DNA of 64,000 nucleotides. Source: Antedon mediterranea. Taxonomy: Eukaryota > Animalia > Echinodermata. The stretch lies in NCBI RefSeq assembly GCF_964355755.1, contig NC_092675.1, forward strand, positions 367,812-431,811. The letters are read 5' to 3'. The stretch's first letter is position 1; every line of letters begins with the position of its first letter. The notes under the pieces were generated by a model, which was not told the DNA's origin, ran no database searches, and saw only the letters and a program-made list of their open reading frames with translations. Shown here piece after piece: positions 27,011 to 38,200 of this stretch. The translations under genes and the position numbers were made by a program.

Positions 27011-30000
27011 TTGATTTAATTACTGTAGTACTACAAAGATGCTGTTGATATTAACATTCAATTAATAGACTACTGTATATTCATTTCGAATTAAGAGACA
27101 TTTACTTTAAAATAAAATGTAATGAAAACAAATATCGACGTTTCGTAACCATCATGAAACCATCCTCAAGAACAAATGAATAAAATTAACAAAAAAAATA
27201 CAAAGCACCAAATACTTAAACAATTAGTAACCATCTCTTAACAAACAAATGACTCAATCAAAGCAAAATAAATAACAAGAGGTATTTTGGTCTGAATTAA
27301 ATTATTAATACATTAAATGTTGATTACCTTCATAAACTTGTACTTCACAAACAGTGATCTCATTAATATTAATGTTGTATAAAGAAACATAACGTCCAAC
27401 CAAATTGCAGTTTACCAAGTGATAACCATTGGTTGTTGAGGAAGGGATAGAGCCACATATGTTAGTGGAAGTAAAGAGTGAACTGGTATCACTAACAACA
27501 CGGACCTCAATGCCAGTAAGTGTTTCTGGAATAAAAAAAAACACAGTACTAATCTCAAATCCCTTAGTGATGACATTGCATGTAGACTATAGATTTGCTA
27601 GCATAAAGAAATTTCACCTACATAATGTATGAATTTATTCAAAAAGTTAGTTCAATAAGGTATCTTATTTTATACCTCCCTGGTTCAATACTTACTTTTA
27701 ATATGAAACATATTGAAAAACAATTATTGGGAAGTCCTAAAAATCTATAATGGATAGTGAATTGAGATTTCAAGAGTACAGTATCACCTTCAATTCCTTT
27801 AAATTACTTACGAGAAGAAAACAAACTGCATTATGGAAAACCTGCTTTTATATTTAGAATTTCAAATATTTTACAAAGAAATATAGCGTAGTACAGGACG
27901 TGAAAAAACTACTACGTATTGTTGTGTGTGGGTATGTTTCAGCATGGACATGTATACCACGATCTGAAAACATCCCTATTAGGGTTGAAGCTAAATTTGT
28001 TTTCAATAACTAATTATCTAACTCAACTTAATTAGTAAACAGGGTTTCATTAGGTGGTTAAAATCAGTACTGAAAGTATGAACCATCGAGTAAAAATGCG
28101 CGATTTACCAAATGTTGGCCTTACGTAATTTTTGTTTACACAACAGTGTACTATAGCTGCAAATTGAGTTGCTGGGAATACATTAACATAGTCAATTCTG
28201 TATGTATCTCGTAAATCAACATACCAATGAGCAGATTGTCCTGCAGAAACTTTAATGATAAACACCATAAAAACATCAATATTGTAGAAAAAACACAATT
28301 GCTAGTAATGTAATATTTTTTATATTTTATTTATTTAGACTTAATAGAAATTAGAATAAGATAATAATTACATTTTTAAAATAAGAATTGATAAATTTTT
28401 ATTTTAAAAATGTAATTACTGTACTACAGTATAAAAAAGTGTTGGTTGTATTTTTTATTCTATTTTTTAGTTATGCCAAGGTACAGTTATAGGTAAGTTT
28501 ACATTTTTGTTATGATTTCAAAATAATAAATATTTGGTTATGAAGCTTGGTATGAAAATCTCACCAACTGTACGTGAACATGAACCACTGTTGAAGTCCA
28601 TATTGGTGTCACCATCAACAGCTAAACCAGCATCATATGATATACCATCAGAGGAATAAGTTGCGCTCTGGTATGCAGGCTTGCCATTTGACAACACAGC
28701 TGTAAAGAAACCAATTATTACAAAGGTGAGATTGTTTTCGACAACTAATTACACCTAACCACACATTGCTGCTGAGCTCGGAGTCAACTTGTAGTACCAT
28801 TATTATTACTAACATCTATGTTGCAATTTAAAAAAAAAACCTTTGGTAATTTGTAAATTGTGCACCCAGTTTAAAAATTGAACAACTTTCAACACAAATA
28901 AGTAACGGCAAAGAATGTAAAATAATTTTAGATTATTCCAGCCACATATAATAAGATTGCAATGTAGTAATAAACTTCCTCCTCTTAACGTGGCTGAAGT
29001 GAGCAGCGACGGGTTAGGCTTTCTAGCTCAATCACCAGCTAACTGCGGGTTAGGCTTTCTAGCTCAATCACCAGCTAACTGCGGGTTAGGCTTTGTAGCT
29101 CAATCACCAGCTAACTTAAGTATTGTAGTGAATCCTGAATAATAGTTGAGCCTCCAGGCGTGACACAAGGTCATGTGAGTTGTTAGAGGAGAGCAGTCTC
29201 TAACAAGACCAAGCGCCTGGTATAACAATTAAAAATTGTGATCTACATCCAAATCCTTTCAAAAGTTAAATGGAGTCTAAGTTTACTAAAAAAAATATTT
29301 GAGTCTCTCTCTCTTGCAACCTCTCTAACACACACAAAATCCCAGGCCTATACAAAGTATGAATACATGATTTTTGGAACATTAGTTACCAGCCAAGCAT
29401 AAAAAACTAAAATGACATTTCAGGACACCATGTAATAGTGATTAAAAAATGTACTGTAAAATGTTCATAAAAGATTGGCCTACATCCCTGTATGATTTTT
29501 AACAACATTTTTTTTTAATTTGTTGATTTCAAATGGAAAAAAGTCACAGTGTATAAGCATAGGCACACACCGTCTACGTGTGCCACCACCGTTTTATTGC
29601 AGTGCAGTCATATGGAATGCCGATAATCTCTTCTCTGTGCGGTGATGTAATGCTCTTATACTGTTATATACAGTACTTTCATTTACCTTGATTTACCTTG
29701 ATGTTGAGACTTATAAAGCCGTAGCTTGTGTGTCCCTCAGTAAAGTTCTATCATTCCATGCTACTATATATGTTTCAAGTTTCAATTTATTTACCATTTA
29801 AATTTCTGAACATAAGAGATGAACAACTTATTTGGATGGATAACCGTAAGAGTGAAGCTCGTTTGCCGGTGTGTATGTGGCAAACTTGCAGAAAGAATCA
29901 GTCAAATGGGTCAAATACTCGAGACTTGAACTACTTTAGCTTAATGAATTTGATTCTAGACAACAGAGGATGGCATTTTATTCTAAACATGGCATGCATG

Positions 30001-30829
30001 GTCTTATACTAATTCTTACTGTTCTTTTATACTCTTTCATTGCTTTCATCATCTCTTCCCTGGTATTATAAAATACTCATTCTTTAATGCTTAGCTCTTA
30101 TTATTATATTACTCTTTTGTTATTATCTTATCAGACGTTCCAACCTAAAGAATGAAAAATCGGGAGAGTATACCATCACCAATGTTAACACTGTGAGAAT
30201 GTCGCCACCAACGTTCAATAATGCGCGTTAATTAACTTTTATTATTGTAGACACGCTCGCATTGTATACAAATATAGTGTAGAGAAGCAACGCATATACC
30301 ATACTTATACAATCTCTACTATTAATATTGTTTGTTGTATCACTTACGGTGGTGGTACGTACAACGCCCTTTTTAATGAAATAATACTGAATTTTATGGA
30401 AACATGTTTGAAATTGGGAGATATATTTTAAATACGCCTTTTTTACGAAACGGAAGACATCTTCGATCGATGACAAACAATGCCGTGCAACGAATAAATC
30501 GGGAGGGTTGGAAAATATTTCTTTTCCAAGTTCATGCTCTTTTAACAATAAATATAAAACGTAGCTAGGGGCGCTCCATACTATACTGAACAGCTAGCGG
30601 CCGGACCGGAGTTGGGTAGCCTAGGCCCAACTAGGGCCTAGGCTAGGCTAGCCCTCTAACCCTAGCCTAGAGGCTAGGCCTAGCCTAGTCGCCGCCTAGC
30701 CTAGCTAGGCCCCTAGAAACTAGGCCTACTAGGCTAAGCCAACACGCACGGATACTCACTGTCTTGTTGGGATGAACTGATGAAACAATAAGAAAGTAAG
30801 AAAAACAGTGTCAACCTTTCATAAAACAT
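24446..30829 (-). CDS. Gene 1: signal peptide, F-type lectin (FTP) domain, 9 EGF repeats; 3' end (TM/tail) not found
   Basis: SP exon 30829-30760 ([23 protein letters not shown]). FTLD exons 28699-28565 ([15 protein letters not shown]), 28249-~28109 (WYVDL, donor uncertain) and 27525-27328 ([12 protein letters not shown]). 114-nt phase-1 EGF exons: 26997-26884, 26749-26636, 26450-26337, 26131-26018, 25813-25700, 25511-25398, 25191-25078, 24870-24757, 24559-24446. Confidence 0.85.
29011..29116. repeat. 36-bp tandem repeat x3 in intron 1 of gene 1
   Basis: GGGTTAGGCTTTCTAGCTCAATCACCAGCTAACTGC repeated. Confidence 0.9.
30618..30740. repeat. CTAGG/CCTAG-rich low-complexity palindromic tract next to the first donor of gene 1
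   Basis: Dense CCTAGG/CTAG motifs. Confidence 0.7.
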
Positions 30830-32677
30830 TTCGTTCCGTTAACACTGTGCATGTTACGTTGTAATATTTTACCACCACCAAAGAACTTTTTTGTACAACT
30901 TTTTTTTATTTCAAAGTGTTACAGCGCCCTCACTGTCACTAAACTTTTAATATTATAATAATCAGTGGGTTTATCATCTGTGTGGCTGCGACACAATCAG
31001 TTCCATTCCGCCGCAAAAGACACCGCGCGTCGCGGAGAATGTATTACATTACAGTATTGTTGGTATTTGTCGCTGTCAGACACAATATCAAAGGACTGTA
31101 GTATTACAAGTTCCTATCTTGGCAAGGCAAGGTCAGTGTCCTGTTACCCAGTAAGCCTGGTATACAAAAGCGTTGTAGCCCTAAAAACATGAAAAATGGA
31201 TACTTTGAAAAGGTCATTTTGCAGTTTTAATAAAGTTGCAGTAATCACTTCAGTAGAAAAAATGTTTTCACTTAAAAAATTACAAAATAAACGGTTAAAT
31301 TCAACAACAAAAACTCATTGGCTGGAACAAACTTATGTATACCAGGTCTTTGCTGAATCATACTTTTATTATCTGTACTAACTTTCATCACTATTTTAAA
31401 CAAATTTGACTATAAATCATATTAACAAAACAAATATTTCAAACTCGTATTAAATGAATTTAATTTATACTTTGTATGAATGGAAATAAGGCCTATAGTT
31501 TACACATTTTTAAACAAATAAACATTTATTATTCCCTTGTTTATACTGTAATCAATTATGTCTTTGCTGGACCTCATTATTGTATTTATTACAGTCCAGT
31601 AATGTCTTTGCTATTTATCTATTTAGAAGATTTAATTATCGTAAGTAAAATGTAACATGATTACAATGTTAGTTTAACATCACTACTGGAATAGCGTTAT
31701 ATTGTGGTTAATATAATTATAAGGTTAGAATGGTTAAATGTTGGAATAACGTTTTATTGCTATCTGTGTGCGTACATGATATCTATGGGTATTTTATTTT
31801 GCATATTTTTGAAAATTTTTTTTTTAAATTACAAAAGTTCAATCAATTACCCAGAAAAGAAGATGGTTTTGAATACTTTTCAGACAATGTAGAAACCATG
31901 AAAATAATAACATTTAATATTATCTGAGTACTGTATATATATCATGTATAGGCCTATACTTATTGTTAAGTCAACTTTTCCTCAAAATTATTCCTATTAT
32001 GCTAAAATATATCATAATAATATCCAATATAATTTTCTTACTAAATACCAATTGAATTTTATTGCTTTACATCTGAATATTACTTATGTTTATCTACTTA
32101 ATTATAATACAGTATACGTTATATAAAATGAAATCACAATTAACATGTCTAAATTATGTTTTATAAAACATGGGCACATAATATTAAAGTATAAACTATG
32201 ATGTAGGCCTATTGTATGTGTTTAATGATACTAACAATATTAACAATGCTCAGGAAATGCATTTTAATTAAAGATGAGATCGACCTTTTATACTGACCAA
32301 GTTGGCTCCAAAGAAATCAAGGAATCCTAGCAGACTTGCTAGTATCAGTGAATGTACTCCTTATCACAACCAACTTAAAATCTTTTTGAGAAGGTAGTAC
32401 TTGCAATTTCAGATCCTAAAGTTAATATGAATTTTAATTTAAATTTATATAAACAAGAAAACAAATCATGTAAATGATAAAAAAAAAAACCATATAACAA
32501 TATAAAATCAATATCACCCCTGCATCTCTAACAAAATGTACCCCTATTGGTTAAAAAAATGTACCCCTATTGGTTAACAAAAAAGTTAAAAAATATTGGA
32601 GATAATTATAACTATCCTATTGCAATTGGTAGTAGAAAACAAAATCATCAACATCAATTCTTGTTTAGGTTCATTGA

Positions 32678-32799
32678 CTAGGGGATGGTTCTAGGGGATG
32701 GTTCTAGGGGATGGTTCTAGGGGATGGTTCTAGGGGATGGTTCTAGGGGATGGTTCTAGGGGATGGTTCTAGGGGATGGTTCTAGGGGATGGTTCTAGG
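32678..32799. repeat. 13-bp minisatellite (CTAGGGGATGGTT) x~9
   Basis: Perfect tandem copies. Confidence 0.95.
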
Positions 32800-33453
32800 C
32801 CAGTTCTGTATACGAAAAAAAGTATGATCATGTACATGTATGAACCAAACCCTTAATTAATAAACTGGATCAGCAAAATTTGTATATGGTATCAGTAGAT
32901 TTATAAATTATTTAATGGTTTTACATTGTTTATTTTGTTTCTCTGTTACACAATTATATATGTTTGTAATTGTTAACATGCTCAAAAATACAAAGTTCAA
33001 TTTTATCACCTTCACCTATGCAAATCTGATTATTTAAAATAAGTACTAAATGATTGAATTAAATTTGATCTTATAAAATGTGAACACAGCGTTAACCAAC
33101 ACCAATAAGCTGAGTATTTCAATAACTACAGGATTGAACATAAACAATGTGAAGAATATTAATTAGTATATCCACCACAACAAAGATTAAGTAAAAACTT
33201 ATAGTACTGTACATCTTCTACCTCTGGTCTGACCAATTCTAAAGAAAAATGTAAATAAAATATTGTAAATAGTATCAAAAACAATAATCATATTAATGGA
33301 ATAATTGAAAATCAAAGATATATGAATGCAGCATCTATATATGCCATTTGATTGATTTATTTCCTATCATTGTGCCATGGTCATTTACCCAGCGGTAATT
33401 GTAGTGAAACTATCAATCAATTATCAATTAATTTGCTGTGTTCAGTAATGGAT

Positions 33454-34826
33454 CACATTTGCAGGTTCCCTCCTCCCCCTTATAACTTGTTATTGGTGTT
33501 TGGTTGGGTCCCTCAGGTATAGAGGTATCACATTTGCAGGTTCCCTCCTCCCCCTTATAACTTGTTATTGGTGTTTGGTTGGGGCCCTCAGGTATAGAGG
33601 TATCACATTTGCAGGTTCCCTCCTCCCCCTTATAACTTGTTATTGGTGTTTGGTTGGGTCCCACAGGTATCCCTCCTCCCCTTATAACTTGTTGTTGGCG
33701 TTTGGTTGGGTCCCACAGGTATCCCTCCTCCCCTTATAACTTGTTGTTGGCGTTTGGTTGGGTCCCACAGGTATCCCTCCTCCCCTTATAACTTGTTGTT
33801 GGTGTTTGGTTGGGTCCCACGCCGGGTATCCCTCCTCCCCTTATAACTTGTTATTGGTGTTTGGTTGGGGCCCTCAGGTATAGAGGTATCACATTTGCAG
33901 GTTCCCTCCTCCCCCTTATAACTTGTTATTGGTGTTTGGTTGGGTCCCACAGGTATCCCTCCTCCCCTTATAACTTGTTGTTGGCGTTTGGTTGGGTCCC
34001 ACAGGTATCCCTCCTCCCCTTATAACTTGTTGTTGGTGTTTGGTTGGGTCCCACGCCGGGCATCCCTCCTCCCCTTATAACTTGTTGTTGGCGTTTGGTT
34101 GGGTCCCACAGGTATCCCTCCTCCCCTTATAACTTGTTGTTGGTGTTTGGTTGGGTCCCACGCCGGGCATCCCTCCTCCTCTTATAACTTGTTGTTGGTG
34201 TTTGGTTGGGTCCCACAGGTATCCCTCCTCCTCTTATAACTTGTTATTGGTGTTTGGTTGGGTCCCACAGGTATCCCTCCTCCCCTTATAACTTGTTGTT
34301 GGCGTTTGGTTGGGTCCCACAGGTATCCCTCCTCCCCTTATAACTTGTTGTTGGTGTTTGGTTGGGTCCCACAGGTATCCCTCCTCCCCTTATAACTTGT
34401 TATTGGTGTTTGGTTGGGTCCCACAGGTATCCCTCCTCCTCTTATAACTTGTTGTTGGTGTTTGGTTGGGTCCCACGCCGGGTATCCCTCCTCCTCTTAT
34501 AACTTGTTATTGGTGTTTGGTTGGGTCCCTCAGGTATAGAGGTATCACATTTGCAGGTTCCCTCCTCCCCCTTATAACTTGTTATTGGTGTTTGGTTGGG
34601 TCCCACAGGTATCCCTCCTCCTCTTATAACTTGTTGTTGGTGTTTGGTTGGGTCCCACGCCGGGTATCCCTCCTCCCCTTATAACTTGTTGTTGGTGTTT
34701 GGTTGGGTCCCACGCCGGGTATCCCTCCTCCTCTTATAACTTGTTGTTGGTGTTTGGTTGGGTCCCACAGGTATCCCTCCTCCTCTTATAACTTGTTATT
34801 GGTGTTTGGTCCCACAGGTATAGAGG
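33454..34826. repeat. Minisatellite of 52-bp units interspersed with 75-bp variant units
   Basis: Unit CCACAGGTATCCCTCCTCCCCTTATAACTTGTTRTTGGYGTTTGGTTGGGTC. The long variant adds AGAGGTATCACATTTGCAGG. Confidence 0.95.
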
Positions 34827-35240
34827 TTCTACTGTAATTAGTTATATTAATTAATTTCCTTTGTTTTTACCTGCTAAAAACATTCCCATGAGTAGACCAC
34901 ATATTGAAAATAACTAAACTGAAAGATATTTTTTACCTTTCTACCTGAACACAAAACCTTAACAAAATCCTATCCTGATTTTGCAGCCATTCTTTGCAGT
35001 CCAAATCCAAAATATATGTTTAACACACAAATATAATGCAGGATAACATTCTTACAAATACCACGTATGTGTATTTGAATTTCTCTCACAGTATACTGAA
35101 GTGTTCTCATGAACAAAAAACAGTGCGACACCTTTGCCTCTTGCATTTGTCATTAATTGTATGTGTTGATGACATTTGTAAAAACAAAATGATGAAAATC
35201 TCACCTTCTTGATTGTATAGGCCTAGCCACATAATTAGGC

Positions 35241-38200
35241 CTACTTTCTTAAGATGTCCAGATCTCCAAATCCAGAATTAACTCTCTCTTCTGAAAGAGG
35301 TGGTTGAACTGCAACACTGCCAGGGGTTGGTATCTGCAGAATGACTTTATACTCTTTAGCTGGTTTGTTTGTTTTTGGTATGATGACCTCTTCATAAGTA
35401 GCCATGTTCATCTCTATGGACTTATCCTTTTGTTTCATTTTTTAATAATGGAATCTATAAGATACATTTGCAAGAAATCAAAATTCCCTTTTTTAAATAT
35501 GAAGTAGGAAATATTTGCTACTCCCAGCAAATCATGTATGAAAATCATGTATTGAATGACCATGGGTAATTAATCAAGAAATAATATACAAATAATGAAT
35601 GTTTATAAGATGGAGGGATGGTGAGAATATTCATTTGTTGAAGAGTTACTGCTTTTTTTTGTCTAAATTAGTACAGATCGTGTGCCATTTTGAATGTTAT
35701 TTTAGTTTATATTATGCCAAGCCAAGCACAATAAGGTTGCACTATTGGATGCTTGCCGTGGGGATGTTGACCGGCCTGAGATTTTGTTTTTGGTTTCTTT
35801 TTTTGTAGCTGAAAGGTGGAACTAATACCAAACAGCACATGCAAATTGTAAAGATACACTCAGGTGTGTTATAAAAACCATTATACACCGGCCACTTTCA
35901 ATTCACGGCATCTAATTCAGCCAGTCTATAAAGAGCCATGCCCTGGAACTATACCTCTTCGCTAAACTCATCCAATAACAATTGGATCTATACACACGCA
36001 CGATTGTGAGGCCTAGGTGTTGAATATAGCTGGTTTAACTTGTAGGTGACTTTGCGGTCAGTTAAAGTGTACAAATGTAATGTAAATGTACAAACAGAGA
36101 ACAGAGAAAAGAAGCTAAGCAGAATGGAGTGGAAATAATCAAGTGGATCTTGTATGCAGATGATCTTGTTTTATTCTCAAAATATGTTAAAGAATCACAG
36201 CAAATCCTGACCATTATTTGCGATACTTGCAGAAGATACGGGTTGAATGTTTCCCTGAAGAAAACAAAGATTCAGGTGTTTGGTGAACAACATCTAGCAG
36301 AGAAAAGTTCCTTAGTGAACATAAATGGAGTGGATATTGAAAATGTAAGAGACTTTGTTTATTTGGGGCATACAATCACAAATAGAGAGGATGGCTGCTT
36401 CACTGACCATAGAACATCAAGTGCTGTAGGAAAGTTCCATGAATTAAAAGAAGTTTTAAGAAAGAAAGTTTTAGAGGCTCTTATATGGTACACAAGCATG
36501 GTTTCCAAATGAGAATGAAATAAAGAAGTTGGAATCGTGTTGGCATAACATATTGAGACAGATGGTCAAGAGAGGGTTTGACAGGGCAAAGAATGAGGCT
36601 GACCAACCAGATGAGGCATCTACAGACTTGTATATTCCAACAAAAGGATATTTGAAGTTGTGGGAACATCTTCCTTGAGGGACTGCATATACAGTCAGTA
36701 TATCCGATACGTTGGTCATATCTGTAGAGGACCGAATACATCAATTACAAAAAAGATGCTGTTTGCTGTTCCAACAAGACGGTACTATCGTGATCCGTGG
36801 ATTAAAATCTCTCGTATTTTAAGTATGGAAATCAGGCAAGCCAAAGCCATTACACAATCAAAGAAAATTCTTAACGAACACCTTAGTAGGCTATTTGGTG
36901 CTGAATAGGTTTTCGACTCCAGTTCTACGACGTAGAAGAGGAGGATCCCATATGTATGTTTGTATGTAAAGTATGAAGAAACAAAACAAATTATGGGAAT
37001 GGGAATATTTATCGGATAGCTGGAAGAGACAAATTCTCAAATGCAGGCCGCTTGATGATGTTTATGTATGATTTGTAATATTTTATATCCAATTACTGCA
37101 ACATTCACTATGTTTCAGTTTTGCCATGTGGCTTTTTGTAACAAAAAAAAAGATTTAGAGGTGGAAATGGAGCAGTAATATAACTAGTATATTAGATTTC
37201 AACCAGAATAGAATCTTTTAATTATATCCACCAAATAAATGTAAATCAATACCTGTAATAGAAGACACATGCTGACAATAAAACCAAAAGGATGATAACA
37301 AGCCCAATTATTACTGCCATCAGGTACGGTGGTTCAACTAAAAGAACATTGTTATGGTCATGTTTACAACTGAGGTACATAACATACAATTTAAGTTGTT
37401 GACAAAAAAAATAATGGTGAATTACAACTGATTTTTATGTTACTTGTTTTGAGGTAATCTGTAAATACTGTAAATGCACTAGCTTTGCTTGTTTGTACCC
37501 TCAGCATTCAGTGTACATGCATGGTCCTCACACATTTCTTATAAAACTTGCTCATCTGCTATTTAAGGTTTCATATTTAAAAAATAATGTCCCTATTCTT
37601 TAAATGGACAATCAGAGTATGTTCAGACTCATGGCGTTAAGGTGGCATTATGTAAGCGGCGTACATACTTTTGTGTCTGAACTAGGCCGTTAGGGAGCTG
37701 CTACGCCATGCCAGTGGCGTAAGAACCCTAGCAGGAGAGTTAGATTTAATAATGCTAATCCAGTGATGCATCAGTGATTTTAACCTTAACGAATGAAAAG
37801 ACACGACCACAATTAGCAGGCCAACAGCATACATGTACAGCGAAATAGCTAAACGTCAAACTATCAGGTTTTCAATTTTAAAGAACAGTACAGTTGACGT
37901 CATATATTTTCATAAATTAAATACACTAATCAGATAATTGTCCGTGTAATTATTTTGAATTACTGTAGAATGCAAATCTGCAAGTAGTTAAGTAGTAAGA
38001 AGAAATCAGTATATTTTGAAGGTAACATTATAAATAAAAATTTAAAAAAAACAACTTTACAATGTGAACTGCCATGCGTTTGTCATGATTGTATGCATAG
38101 TTCTACCTGGTTAGACATAATGAAAAAAAAAATCTGAAACTTTAAAAAAAAATGATTGATCATTTTTCTGTTCAATAGAACCATAGACCTGAATGGCATG

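Noticed and set aside
33428-34684. ORFs within the 52/75-bp minisatellite
   Set aside because: Repeat-derived, non-ATG or inconsistent frames, no splice support.
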